32,000 nucleotides of DNA from Pyrobaculum aerophilum str. IM2 (GCF_000007225.1 NC_003364.1:1860001-1892000); one strand, 5' to 3'; positions 8,056 through 16,542 are shown, numbered from the stretch's first letter. Numbers and translations: made by a program. The notes: a model not told the origin generated them from the letters alone.

Positions 8056-8376
8056 GTGGCCTTAGCCGAGCTTGAGGTACTGCTCCCAAAGCTGACAAAA
8101 ATGCCGCCGGCGAAAAAAATAGCGTTACTATATAAGCTCAGGGGGGTTTTAGACGAGGAGAGCTTTAGGCAAATAGCAACTCTCCTGTCAATTGACCTAA
8201 GCCGCGGGGAGAACCCGCAGAGGTGGTCGTTAGTTGACGCGGTAGAAGAGGTGGAAGAATACGAGGAACTCGCCGTAGATGAAATTGAGACCGATTTTGA
8301 ATTCGCCGAGGCTGTGGAGGAGGACGAATACGTGGGCAAGAGGTTTGTTGAGAGGTTATGGAAGTCGAGTATTTAA
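8056..8376 (+). CDS. Hypothetical acidic protein (106 aa)
   Basis: GTG start ~25 nt downstream of CACTTATAAC. The C-terminus is very acidic (EEVEEYEELAVDEIETDFEFAEAVEEDEY). It overlaps the next ORF by 19 nt. Confidence 0.45.
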   Translation: MALAELEVLLPKLTKMPPAKKIALLYKLRGVLDEESFRQIATLLSIDLSRGENPQRWSLVDAVEEVEEYEELAVDEIETDFEFAEAVEEDEYVGKRFVERLWKSSI

Positions 8377-8729
8377 TAGAAAGGCTTGGGCCCTATCTGG
8401 GAGGAATAGACGTGGAGAAGATAAAAGAGGTGCTGAGGGGAGATACAAGGGGGGTTGAAAGGCTGTTGGGAATTGAAGGCGTAAGCGGCGAATACGCCGA
8501 GGAGCTGGAGTGTATGAGAATTAGGGCTTTTGTAAACCGGTATTTAGAAGAGGAGAAAGGGCTTTTGTCTCTTTATAGAGAGCTTAAGAGCAAGGGAGTG
8601 GCTCCCAGCGACATGGAGAGCTTGAGGAGGAGGTTAAGAGAAGTAAGGCGCAGAATACGCTTGTACAAGGAGATGTTAAGAAAATGTCAGGGCAGGTCAG
8701 TGTCCTCATCTGTCAGGCCCCAGGGTTGA
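8358..8729 (+). CDS. Hypothetical helical protein (123 aa) with an Arg-rich C-terminus
   Basis: The ORF overlaps the upstream ORF, giving an operon-like arrangement. It contains RRRLREVRRRIRLYKEMLRK. No family was recognised. Confidence 0.45.
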   Translation: MEVEYLIERLGPYLGGIDVEKIKEVLRGDTRGVERLLGIEGVSGEYAEELECMRIRAFVNRYLEEEKGLLSLYRELKSKGVAPSDMESLRRRLREVRRRIRLYKEMLRKCQGRSVSSSVRPQG

Positions 8730-8762
8730 CATCACAAGATTAATACTGAGTGGGAATAAATC

Positions 8763-10076
8763 TTATGTTCCCAATTCCCAAGAGGATATATAACGCCTCT
8801 GCTCCTCTGTGAGCTCCTCAATCTCAATTCCCATGGTTTTTAACTTCAGCCGGGCCACTTCTCTGTCAATTTCGTCGGGGAGTTTGTAGACGTCTACTGA
8901 CAGTTTGTTTTTGGCTAAAAACTCCGCCGCAAGCGCTTGGTTTGCAAACGACAAGTCCATCACCTCTGACGGGTGCCCCTCAGCCGCCACAAGGTTGACC
9001 AGACGGCCCTCGCCGATTAAATACACTCTTTTGCCGTTGGGGAGGGTGTACTCCTCTAGGTAAGGCCTTATCCTCCTTTTCGCAACCGCCACGCGCTCCA
9101 GCCCAGCTACGTCTATCTCAACGTTGAAATGGCCCGCGTTGGCGAGGACTGCGCCGTCTTTCATTTTGAAAATATGCCCTAGGCTTATTGCTCTTATATT
9201 CCCAGTGGCTGTGATGAAGATGTCCCCCACCTCCGCGGCCTTGTCCATGGGCATAACCTCATATCCGTCGAAAACGGCCTCGAGCGCCCTAATGGGATCC
9301 ACCTCTACTACTATAACTCTCCTAGCGCCTAAGCCCCTGGCCCTAATCGCTATGCCCCTCCCCACCCAGCCGTACCCGGCTATTACAACGTTTTTCCCCG
9401 CTATTAGTAAATTAGTGGCTCTCATCACGCCGTCCCACGTGGACTGCCCAGTGCCGTAGCGGTTATCGAAAAGGTATTTAGTGTAAGACTCGTTTACGGC
9501 AATAATGGGGTATAGGAGTTTTCCAGATTTTTTCAACGCCTTGAGTCTAATTACTCCTGTAGTGGTCTCCTCTGTGCCGCCTCTAATTCTCGAGAATAAA
9601 CCCGCCGCGTCAAGAGAACCCGCCGTCTCTAATACGTATTCTATTGTCTGATCTCTAACCCCGTGGCCAATTTTATGAATAGTAGCCGTTAGATCGGCGC
9701 CGTCGTCCATGGTAATGGTTGGGTTAAAAGATAAAGCAAAACCTATGGCGTTATAATACTCACGCTCGCTCATCCCACGCCATGCATAGACATGTATCCC
9801 CTCTTGCGCTAACGCGGCAGCTACATCATCCTGTGTTGAAAGCGGATTTGAAGGTATGAGGACGACCTCCGCCCCGCCAGCTGCTAATGTGCGTACTAAG
9901 ACGCCGGTTTCCTTAGTGACGTGGAGGCACGCGGCAATTACATGGCCTGAAAGAGGTTTCTCTTTTTCAAACCTCCTCCTTATCTCTAATAACACTGGCA
10001 TGTTCAGCTCAGCCCAATAAAGTTGCTCCCGACCCCTATCCGCCAGGGAAGAGTCCTTAACGCGGGACTCCGGCAT
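8763..10076 (-). CDS. ahcY: S-adenosyl-L-homocysteine hydrolase (adenosylhomocysteinase)
   Basis: Full-length match to the family pattern: [28 protein letters not shown] site [13 protein letters not shown], and [10 protein letters not shown]. It is 437 aa. Confidence 0.92.
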   Translation of the reverse strand: MPESRVKDSSLADRGREQLYWAELNMPVLLEIRRRFEKEKPLSGHVIAACLHVTKETGVLVRTLAAGGAEVVLIPSNPLSTQDDVAAALAQEGIHVYAWRGMSEREYYNAIGFALSFNPTITMDDGADLTATIHKIGHGVRDQTIEYVLETAGSLDAAGLFSRIRGGTEETTTGVIRLKALKKSGKLLYPIIAVNESYTKYLFDNRYGTGQSTWDGVMRATNLLIAGKNVVIAGYGWVGRGIAIRARGLGARRVIVVEVDPIRALEAVFDGYEVMPMDKAAEVGDIFITATGNIRAISLGHIFKMKDGAVLANAGHFNVEIDVAGLERVAVAKRRIRPYLEEYTLPNGKRVYLIGEGRLVNLVAAEGHPSEVMDLSFANQALAAEFLAKNKLSVDVYKLPDEIDREVARLKLKTMGIEIEELTEEQRRYISSWELGT

Positions 10077-10096
10077 AGGGGAATAAGGGTGAAGGT

Positions 10097-10104
10097 ATTT
10101 AAAT
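10097..10104. promoter_or_regulatory. Palindromic TATA box ATTTAAAT upstream of ahcY
   Basis: Centred ~25 nt upstream of the ahcY ATG (10076, minus strand). The 8-mer is its own reverse complement. Confidence 0.5.
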
Positions 10105-10243
10105 TATGCCGTATCTATATGTGGCTGTCTGAAGGCTGATCTCTGAAAAAGAGCGTGGCGCGGCCATATTTTCTGATATTATAAACAACTACGATACACG
10201 CTTGACGTAGGATAGATAGAATGAAGTAAAAAAGAATTTGGTT

Positions 10244-10837
10244 TTAGGATCTGAATTTTTCGTATATCTGTTTGGCTTTGTCCAGCACTTGTTCTCTATC
10301 TCCGCCGCAAATTATTACCAAAGTGGCATTGTTCTCTCCTACGTGGTAGACTCCTACGAAGTAGACGACGTACCTCTTTCCCCTTGCGGAGACCTCTCTC
10401 ATGGAGACTTCAGTGGCGCTGGCAGACACCTTTAAGGTCTTGTTAGATTGCAACACGACGCTAGTGTCTGCCACCCCGTAGCCCTTAGTGGGCAGTATCA
10501 CGATGCTGAATACGTAACCGTTGCTGTCAGGCGTGAAGGAGGCCTTCCCCCTGGCCGGTTCTGAATAATCCTTTTTCAAGTCTTCGGGTAGATCCTCGAT
10601 GTCTTTTATAGGCAACCACAGCTCTTCGCCAGCTTTGAAGAACTTGCCCTTTCCCAAGATCTTAAGCCCGCACACGTCAAACCGGACCGTCTTAGTGCCG
10701 TTGTCTGGCGATATGAAAAGCCTAAGCTCCTCCAGCCCCGGCCAGGGCTCTGCTTGCTCCCTGCCCGCTGTTAGGAGGAACGTCCCGCCGACAAGCGCTA
10801 TTGCAAGAACAATCCCAAGTAGAGCCAGGCGCTTCAT
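10244..10837 (-). CDS. Hypothetical membrane-anchored or secreted protein (197 aa from the second Met)
   Basis: N-terminal MKRLALLGIVLAIALVGGTFLL forms a signal/anchor. I prefer the start at 10837 because that ATG overlaps the TGA of the upstream small ORF (ATGA). The track's start is 10846. Confidence 0.6.
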   Translation of the reverse strand: MKRLALLGIVLAIALVGGTFLLTAGREQAEPWPGLEELRLFISPDNGTKTVRFDVCGLKILGKGKFFKAGEELWLPIKDIEDLPEDLKKDYSEPARGKASFTPDSNGYVFSIVILPTKGYGVADTSVVLQSNKTLKVSASATEVSMREVSARGKRYVVYFVGVYHVGENNATLVIICGGDREQVLDKAKQIYEKFRS

Positions 10838-11109
10838 ACTTTCCACGTCACATCATAGGCATATGCCATATATGTGCACGGGTAAGGCCGCTCTTCCACT
10901 AATTCGTGCGTGCGGCGCATACCACCCTGACGCTCCCCGCGTTCACGTCTACTAATACTGCGGCTCCGAATTTCCACGCTGTATGAATATAGGCCACTTG
11001 TTGCCAAGGCTCTATCCCACATCGTTCTGGAGGTAGTAGGCGAGCTAACCCTTGTGTCGTTTTTAGTTATCACATCCTGCCACTTAATTGTCAACTTGAG
11101 AATTCTCAT
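10834..11109 (-). CDS. Possible small basic protein (91 aa), translationally coupled to the downstream secreted protein
   Basis: ATG 11109-11107 lies ~26 nt downstream of TATA-like AAAATAAA (plus coordinates 11131-11138). Its stop TGA overlaps the next ATG (ATGA). The composition (RSRSISRRERGERQGG) is not strongly protein-like, so this call is tentative. Confidence 0.35.
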   Translation of the reverse strand: MRILKLTIKWQDVITKNDTRVSSPTTSRTMWDRALATSGLYSYSVEIRSRSISRRERGERQGGMRRTHELVEERPYPCTYMAYAYDVTWKV

Positions 11110-11640
11110 GACGTATAATTTCAAGCGGTCTTTATTTTCAGTTCGTCTTTTGACTAAATTTATTTCGTCAATTGACTATAACCATGCGACTCCCGAGCGG
11201 CTACTACTCCCGCGGATAAAGTAGGCTTATTGTAGCCGCGGCTTTTATGAGGCTATTGCCTTTTGAGGGAGCTTAACAAACGCCAACGTTGCCGCCCGGC
11301 ACAGGATGGGAAGATTAAGCCAGCCCCTGGTAACTCCTCCATGCCTTGTCTCAGTCACAACGCCCTTTTTAGTAATGTTGCTATAATTAGGCCTAAGTCA
11401 TGGTGAGGTCATGGGCCGCGCGTTGCTTTGTAGGTGTAAGTGAAGTTAACGTGGAACATGTTGCGCTTGATTCTAGAAGGCGTATTTAGGCCGTGGCTCA
11501 TCGCCACGCCAGCACGACATTGCGAGGCGCCGTCGGACTTTTTGGAGGCCGGCATTATCCCGACGCGTCGTTTAAAGGCAAAAGGCGCGCGTTGTAGTGC
11601 GCGGCATACGCTGGCCTGCAGAGGGGGATGTTGCGCCGGG

Positions 11641-11656
11641 TTAAATATATTAAAAA
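11641..11656 (+). promoter_or_regulatory. TATA box of the KaiC-like operon
   Basis: TTAAATATATTAAAAA is centred ~26 nt upstream of ATG 11674. Confidence 0.6.
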
Positions 11657-11673
11657 CTACTTATCTCCGACAC

Positions 11674-12519
11674 ATGACCGTGCCGAGAGTAAGATCATAT
11701 GTGCCAGGCCTTGACGAGATCCTCTTCGGCGGTATTCCGGAGAGGTCGGTGGTTCTGCTCAGCGGAGGGCCCGGGACGGGCAAGTCGATACTAGGGAAGC
11801 AGTTTTTATACAACGGCTTAAAGAGGGGGGATGCGGGCGTGTTCGTGGCGCTGGAGGAGCACCCGGTGGCTGTGAGGCGCTCTTTTAGACACTTCGGGTG
11901 GGACATAGCCCAATATGAGCGCGAGGGCAAATTCGCCATAGTAGACGCCTTTACTGGCGGGGTGGGGACGGCAGCTCAACGGGAGAGGTATATTGTAAAA
12001 CAAGTTGACGACGTTCATGAGCTAAGTGATGTACTGCGCCAGGCTATAAGAGACACGGGGGCCCGCCGCGTGGTTATCGACTCGGTCTCCACGCTCTATT
12101 TGACAAAACCGGCAGTTGCCCGGGGCACAATTATGACGTTAAAACGGGTAATAGCGGGGCTGGGCTGCACGGCGTTTTTTGTATCGCAAGTGTCAGTTGG
12201 CGAGCGAGGCTTCGGCGGCCCAGGCGTAGAGCACGCCGTCGACGGCATAATCCGTCTTGATCTCGACGAATTTGACGGCCGGCTTTACCGCTCTATAATA
12301 GTGTGGAAGATGCGAGATACAAAACACTCAATGGTGCGACACCCCATGGAGATAAAAGACGGCGGCATTGAAATTATGTGGGATAAATATATAAAAATAA
12401 CGGGGAGCTCCGTGAGAATAGAGCCGTTGCCCAAGGAGGAGGCTGAGGCCATGAGAAAGGCTGTTGAGGACGTGGAGAAACAGCCAGCGCCGAAGAAAAT
12501 CGAAATAGAGGAGGAGTAG
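11674..12519 (+). CDS. Single-domain KaiC/RadA-like RecA-superfamily ATPase (281 aa)
   Basis: [29 protein letters not shown] (Walker A), RVVIDSVS (Walker B) and the family-typical [10 protein letters not shown] moved the start to ATG 11674. The 78 upstream codons in the track ORF are Arg/Cys/Ala-rich and not protein-like, and they contain the TATA box. Confidence 0.85.
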   Translation: MTVPRVRSYVPGLDEILFGGIPERSVVLLSGGPGTGKSILGKQFLYNGLKRGDAGVFVALEEHPVAVRRSFRHFGWDIAQYEREGKFAIVDAFTGGVGTAAQRERYIVKQVDDVHELSDVLRQAIRDTGARRVVIDSVSTLYLTKPAVARGTIMTLKRVIAGLGCTAFFVSQVSVGERGFGGPGVEHAVDGIIRLDLDEFDGRLYRSIIVWKMRDTKHSMVRHPMEIKDGGIEIMWDKYIKITGSSVRIEPLPKEEAEAMRKAVEDVEKQPAPKKIEIEEE

Positions 12520-12520
12520 T

Positions 12521-12955
12521 ATGTCGGAGATACCTGTAAAACCTATAGGTAGAGAAGACATTAGGAAGTTGGAATCTGCGTTGTTAGTAATGTCTCTGTA
12601 CGACAGGGAGACTCTAGAGGCAATTAAAGACCCCTCCGCTAGAGTGACTTGGGTGGATTCGCTCTATATCGCGGCCGCGGCCTTTGCGAGAGAAAGAGCC
12701 GGAATGCCTGTGTCTAAAATCGCCGAGGAACTCGGCGTAACTGAGGCCACGGTGAGGCGGCATCTCAAAGGCGAGACTAAGGCCGGCCAGCTGGTGATGA
12801 GAATATATGAGAGGCTTTTGAAAGAGGGCTTTAAGGTGGAACTACCTCCTGAGCTGGCGGAACAGTGCGAAGCAAAAGTAAAAGAGCTGAGGGAGAAGCT
12901 TGAAAAAGTGAAAAAGGCCCTTGCTGAGATTCTGGCTGTAGCGCCATGGAGATAA
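12521..12955 (+). CDS. HTH DNA-binding protein with a C-terminal coiled coil (144 aa)
   Basis: The HTH is VSKIAEELGVTEATVRRHLKGE. The coiled coil is KVKELREKLEKVKKALAEIL. The ATG lies 1 nt after the KaiC-like stop and is preceded by GAGGAGGAG (Shine-Dalgarno-like). Confidence 0.65.
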   Translation: MSEIPVKPIGREDIRKLESALLVMSLYDRETLEAIKDPSARVTWVDSLYIAAAAFARERAGMPVSKIAEELGVTEATVRRHLKGETKAGQLVMRIYERLLKEGFKVELPPELAEQCEAKVKELREKLEKVKKALAEILAVAPWR

Positions 12956-13608
12956 TAAATGAGGTTAGAAATCTCGGCGTTTTCGTGGCCTATGACGTTA
13001 TTGTAAACATCGATAATACAAAATATGTCCCCAAACTAGTAGAGGAGATAGAGGCGGCAGTTGAGGAAGCGAGACGCGCCCTCTCTCTAGACACTTTAAA
13101 AGACCACCCGATTATTAGGGCTTACCGCGACTTCTACTGGAGAGTACTCGGGATAGACCCTACGAAACAAAGGCCTGCGCAAGAGGCGCTTTTGAGGAGA
13201 GTCCTCCGCGGGGAGCCCTTGCCCAGAATAAACCCAGTAGTCGACGCGGGGAATGCGGCGTCTATAAAATTCATAGTCCCAATAGGGCTGTACGATATAG
13301 CTAAAATTAACAGTAAGACTCTGCGCATAAGATTTTCAAAAAAAGGCGAGATCTTCCGCCCCATAGGCGGATCGCCGATGGAGCTGGACAATCAAATCGT
13401 CCTCGCATCAGACGGGCAGATACTCCACATATACCCATATAGGGACAGCGTTGACACAAAGGTGGAAAACAGCACAAGGGAGGTGTTAGTAGTAGTGGCG
13501 GGCGTGGCCGGGGTAGAGGAGGAGAGGCTGTTAAAAACGGCGTATTACCTACGCGACTTGCTATCGCTATTAGGCGGCGTGCCCGCGGGAGAGGTGAAAC
13601 TAGCGTAA
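12946..13608 (+). CDS. Stand-alone B3/B4 domain protein (PheRS-beta-like tRNA-binding domain, COG3382 type)
   Basis: PIIRAYRDFYWRVLGIDPTKQRPAQEALLRRVLRGEPLPRINPVVDAGNAASIKFIVPIGLYD fits the B3/B4 pattern. It overlaps the upstream gene by 10 nt. Confidence 0.7.
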   Translation: MEIINEVRNLGVFVAYDVIVNIDNTKYVPKLVEEIEAAVEEARRALSLDTLKDHPIIRAYRDFYWRVLGIDPTKQRPAQEALLRRVLRGEPLPRINPVVDAGNAASIKFIVPIGLYDIAKINSKTLRIRFSKKGEIFRPIGGSPMELDNQIVLASDGQILHIYPYRDSVDTKVENSTREVLVVVAGVAGVEEERLLKTAYYLRDLLSLLGGVPAGEVKLA

Positions 13609-14904
13609 TGCCCTTTCTAAGAACTCATCTACTAGGTCCTTAATGGTAGGCCCCTCTAATATTTTCAACCGCCAGGAGACTCTGGCAATCGGCTTGTCAA
13701 TTTTAATAACTCTCTCAATTTTAGCGGGTGTTCCCAGCAGTACCACGTCGGCGTCGGCTCTCTTAATAGTCTCCTCAAGATCCCTCCTCTGCTCTGGGGT
13801 ATAGCCCAAGCTGGGCAACACGGGCCCGGTGCTGTATTCTTCATAAACCCGCTTAATAACGCCAACTGCGTAGGGCCTGGGATCTACCACCACAGCGCCG
13901 TACTTAACCGCCGCGAGGTACCCTGCGGCGTAGGGCAACCCGCCGTGAGTCACAGTGGGGGCGTCTTCGATTACTAAAACCTTCTTCCCCGTAATATCTC
14001 TGTCCACATATACCTCCAGATCTGCCTTAGTTATAGAGGCCTTGGGGTTCGTCTTCTTCACATTGGCCACAACCTCCTCAACTTTCTCCCTACCGGCGTC
14101 GCTGACTTTAGTGACTATGACGGCGTCTGCAAGCCGTAAGTTTAACTCGCCGGGGAAAGACCCCACCTCGTGCCCCGCCCTTCTGGCGTCCGTGACGACT
14201 ACCATATAGTTAGGCCTAAAGAAGGGGAAGTCGTTATTCCCCCCGTCCCACAGTATCACGTCTCCCAACAGCTCCGCCTCTTTTAAAACAGCGCTGTAAT
14301 CAACGCCGGCAAGCACGGGCACTCCCATTTCCACATACTGTTCATACTCCTCCCTCTCCTCAAAGGTTAATTTGTCTAAATCCTCAGGCCTTTTGTAAAT
14401 CTCCACAACTCCCTCCTCTAAATCTCTATAGGGCATTGGGTGTCTCACCACTGCCACTTTAAGCCCTCGGGAGGCCATGTCTTTAACCACCTCCTTTGAG
14501 ACAGTAGACTTGCCTGCCCCAGTCCTCGTCGCGGTTACGGCAAATACCGGCCTAATGGAATTGAGATAAGTGTCATTCGGGCCGTGTATTTTAAACGTCG
14601 CTCCGCTGGCCAACACGGCTGAGATTATGTGGCCAACCTCGTCATATAACAAATCGCTATAGGCCAGAACCGCCTCGTCAACTCTAAGCTCTTTTAAATA
14701 TCGTGTAAGCTCCTCGTAGCTTTTCCAAGTGTAAATTGGCACGCCTTCGGGGACGCCGGATAGAGAGGGCGGGTATCTCCTGTTGGGAATAGGGATTTGG
14801 GTCATTAAAAAGGCCACTACTTTATACTTACGGGATCCTCTGTAGACGGTATTATACACGTGGAAATCCCTCCCGGCCGCGCCGATAATTGCCACTCTCC
14901 TCAT
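13600..14904 (-). CDS. COG2403-type P-loop protein (cyclic 2,3-diphosphoglycerate synthetase-like / predicted GTPase)
   Basis: RVAIIGAAGRDFH N-terminus, Walker A ATRTGAGKST, and WDGGNND. It is 434 aa. The family assignment comes from motif memory, not from an alignment. Confidence 0.7.
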   Translation of the reverse strand: MRRVAIIGAAGRDFHVYNTVYRGSRKYKVVAFLMTQIPIPNRRYPPSLSGVPEGVPIYTWKSYEELTRYLKELRVDEAVLAYSDLLYDEVGHIISAVLASGATFKIHGPNDTYLNSIRPVFAVTATRTGAGKSTVSKEVVKDMASRGLKVAVVRHPMPYRDLEEGVVEIYKRPEDLDKLTFEEREEYEQYVEMGVPVLAGVDYSAVLKEAELLGDVILWDGGNNDFPFFRPNYMVVVTDARRAGHEVGSFPGELNLRLADAVIVTKVSDAGREKVEEVVANVKKTNPKASITKADLEVYVDRDITGKKVLVIEDAPTVTHGGLPYAAGYLAAVKYGAVVVDPRPYAVGVIKRVYEEYSTGPVLPSLGYTPEQRRDLEETIKRADADVVLLGTPAKIERVIKIDKPIARVSWRLKILEGPTIKDLVDEFLERALR

Positions 14905-14998
14905 ACGTGTTAAAAAACTATATGTTTATATATAGATCGGAGTGTTTAGCCCAATGAGGGGCGCCGAGGGCTACTAAAAGTTTTAATTCCACAAACGG

Positions 14999-15601
14999 GT
15001 GGAGGGCGTGATAATATTCGGCGACGTTCACATTGGATCCCGCCATGCCAAAATACAACATCTCAAACAATGTCTACGCGAGATTAATCCCGAGGAGGTG
15101 GCCATTACGGGGGATTTATTCGACGACCAGCACAGAAGAGTTAGCAGAGATGAGGCCCTGAGGCTAATACGCAAAGCGATAGAGATTTTGGGAATACGGC
15201 CAAAGGCGCTTTACATTGCTTTAAGCTCGTCCTCTCACGACCCCTTACTCCCGGGGCCTCTCACTGCCAAAATAGACGGCATTGAAGTTGTCGCCCACAA
15301 CGGCGAGGTGATTATTAACGACAAGGTGTTGCTAAGCCACGGCGATAAAGTTGTGAAAAACGGCTTTGTGGCATACCTCATGGACTTGACAAACAGGGGA
15401 CGCGTGGGCAAAATGCTGAAGAGGAAGCTTAAGCTGGAGGGCAATATATGGCTGGCCTACGGGCACAGCCATGTGCCGTATGTAAACCCAGAGGAGAGAA
15501 TTCTAAACCCCGGGGGCTGGAAGATATACGGCGTGCGGCGGATCGGGGGTAATGTCTACCAGCTACCTTCTGCCAAACCTCTCTGCGAGCCACACCTCTA
15601 G
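14999..15601 (+). CDS. Calcineurin-like metallophosphoesterase (200 aa)
   Basis: Metal-ligand motifs GDVHIG, GDLFDD, SHGD and GHSH appear in the canonical order. The GTG start lies ~25 nt downstream of AAAAGTTTTAATT. Confidence 0.75.
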   Translation: MEGVIIFGDVHIGSRHAKIQHLKQCLREINPEEVAITGDLFDDQHRRVSRDEALRLIRKAIEILGIRPKALYIALSSSSHDPLLPGPLTAKIDGIEVVAHNGEVIINDKVLLSHGDKVVKNGFVAYLMDLTNRGRVGKMLKRKLKLEGNIWLAYGHSHVPYVNPEERILNPGGWKIYGVRRIGGNVYQLPSAKPLCEPHL

Positions 15602-16045
15602 CCTCGCCAGGGCCTCGGGGAGGTGGCCGAGGACGACGACTTCTCTGGGCTGTACATCGCCACCTATACACCTCTCCCACATAACTCGGAACTCCGCATT
15701 CCCCCTTGCCACGCGCCGGACTGTCTCAAGGGTGACTTCCTCTGGGTTTATCACAGCGCCCGGGCCTGCATATGCTAATTTATGAGCATAGCCGACATAT
15801 ATCAACTCCCCCCTGGCGTTTGACAAGGCTTTTGAAATAGTACTCCGCCTGCACGTCGGCAAGTTTAACACGTACGTCCTATAGCCCATTTTGGCGATAA
15901 TAGCGCCAAACACTGCGAATTGATAAGAAGAGCCAGGCGGCGGCGGGATTACGGTCACGTCTCCAAGCGGATTAGCCACGTCAAAAAGGAGGTATGTGTA
16001 AAAGTCGCGCAGGACATAACCCCCGGGAACCTCGCCGAGGATCAT
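15563..16045 (-). CDS. Hypothetical protein (160 aa), translationally coupled to the upstream thioredoxin-fold gene
   Basis: Its ATG overlaps the TGA of the upstream gene (ATGA at 16042-16045). Its 3' end overlaps the convergent metallophosphoesterase gene by 39 nt. No family was recognised. Confidence 0.5.
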   Translation of the reverse strand: MILGEVPGGYVLRDFYTYLLFDVANPLGDVTVIPPPPGSSYQFAVFGAIIAKMGYRTYVLNLPTCRRSTISKALSNARGELIYVGYAHKLAYAGPGAVINPEEVTLETVRRVARGNAEFRVMWERCIGGDVQPREVVVLGHLPEALARLEVWLAERFGRR

Positions 16046-16542
16046 AAAGAGGAAATGGCGTCGAGGACGTCGCTGGGAGGCATGTAGCCGAAGTGTATAT
16101 ACCCCCTTCCCTTGGCGAAGTTGTAAAATAGGATAGTCGGCGTTCCGTAAACGCCGACCTCCTCCGCCGCTTTTTCACACTCCCTCAAATTGCCCTCGGG
16201 GCATTCGCCTGCGTCTACTCTCTTGCCGCTATACACGTCGCTTATGAGCTTAAGCCTTTCCTCCTCTGAGAGACACCTAAGCTTTCTGTGCAGAGGCTCT
16301 GCCTCTTTATGAACTACGTAGTCGCACATGGCAAAAGTCACAAGGCCTCTCTTGGCCATATCCACGAGGATTTCCTCAGTCTCTTTAAAAAGCCTGGCGC
16401 AGAAGGGGCATTTCAAGTCAAAAAAGACTAATACCGCCTTGTCGCTATTCCCCACTTTGACTACTGCCAAGTCCAAAAGCCTTTTAACTACGTCGGTTTT
16501 TGTTATCGGCGTGAGCCTGGGCTTCTGCCTTTTGAATATCAC
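16042..16542 (-). CDS. Thioredoxin-fold thiol:disulfide oxidoreductase (DsbA-like, CPFC active site)
   Basis: VLVFFDLKCPFCARLF (CxxC after a beta strand) together with the later GTPTILF cis-Pro-type motif. The start is GTG. Confidence 0.7.
   Translation of the reverse strand: MIFKRQKPRLTPITKTDVVKRLLDLAVVKVGNSDKAVLVFFDLKCPFCARLFKETEEILVDMAKRGLVTFAMCDYVVHKEAEPLHRKLRCLSEEERLKLISDVYSGKRVDAGECPEGNLRECEKAAEEVGVYGTPTILFYNFAKGRGYIHFGYMPPSDVLDAISSL

Noticed and set aside
7968-8339. Ser/Thr-rich 123-aa minus-strand ORF. The same applies to many other long antisense ORFs in the track, for example 27420-27878, 27909-28286, 28968-29315, 29823-30137 and 30897-31403.
   Set aside because: All are antisense to CDSs with clear family motifs or better promoter context. 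Their Ser/Thr/Pro/Ala-rich low-complexity products are what is expected from reading GC-rich, GAR/GNN-rich coding sequence backwards.
11300-11550. Possible RNase P RNA on the minus strand. AAAAAGUCCGACGG (complement of 11531-11544) resembles the CR-I/P4 5' strand, and GGCUUAAUC (complement of 11312-11320) resembles the CR-V/P4 3' strand. Together they could form a 6-bp P4 with a bulged U.
   Set aside because: I could not build P1, P2 or P3 from the flanking sequence, because the candidate partners are direct rather than complementary repeats. The ACAGAA part of CR-V is missing. The ~225-nt spacing does not fit the minimal RNase P RNA reported for Pyrobaculum. The evidence amounts to two short motif matches, and an Infernal RNase P scan would settle it.
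11440-11673. 78-codon N-terminal extension of the KaiC-like ORF (GTG 11440).
   Set aside because: The extension is Arg/Cys/Ala-rich and not protein-like, and it contains the TATA box (11641-11656). RecA-like homology begins right after ATG 11674, which has leaderless spacing.
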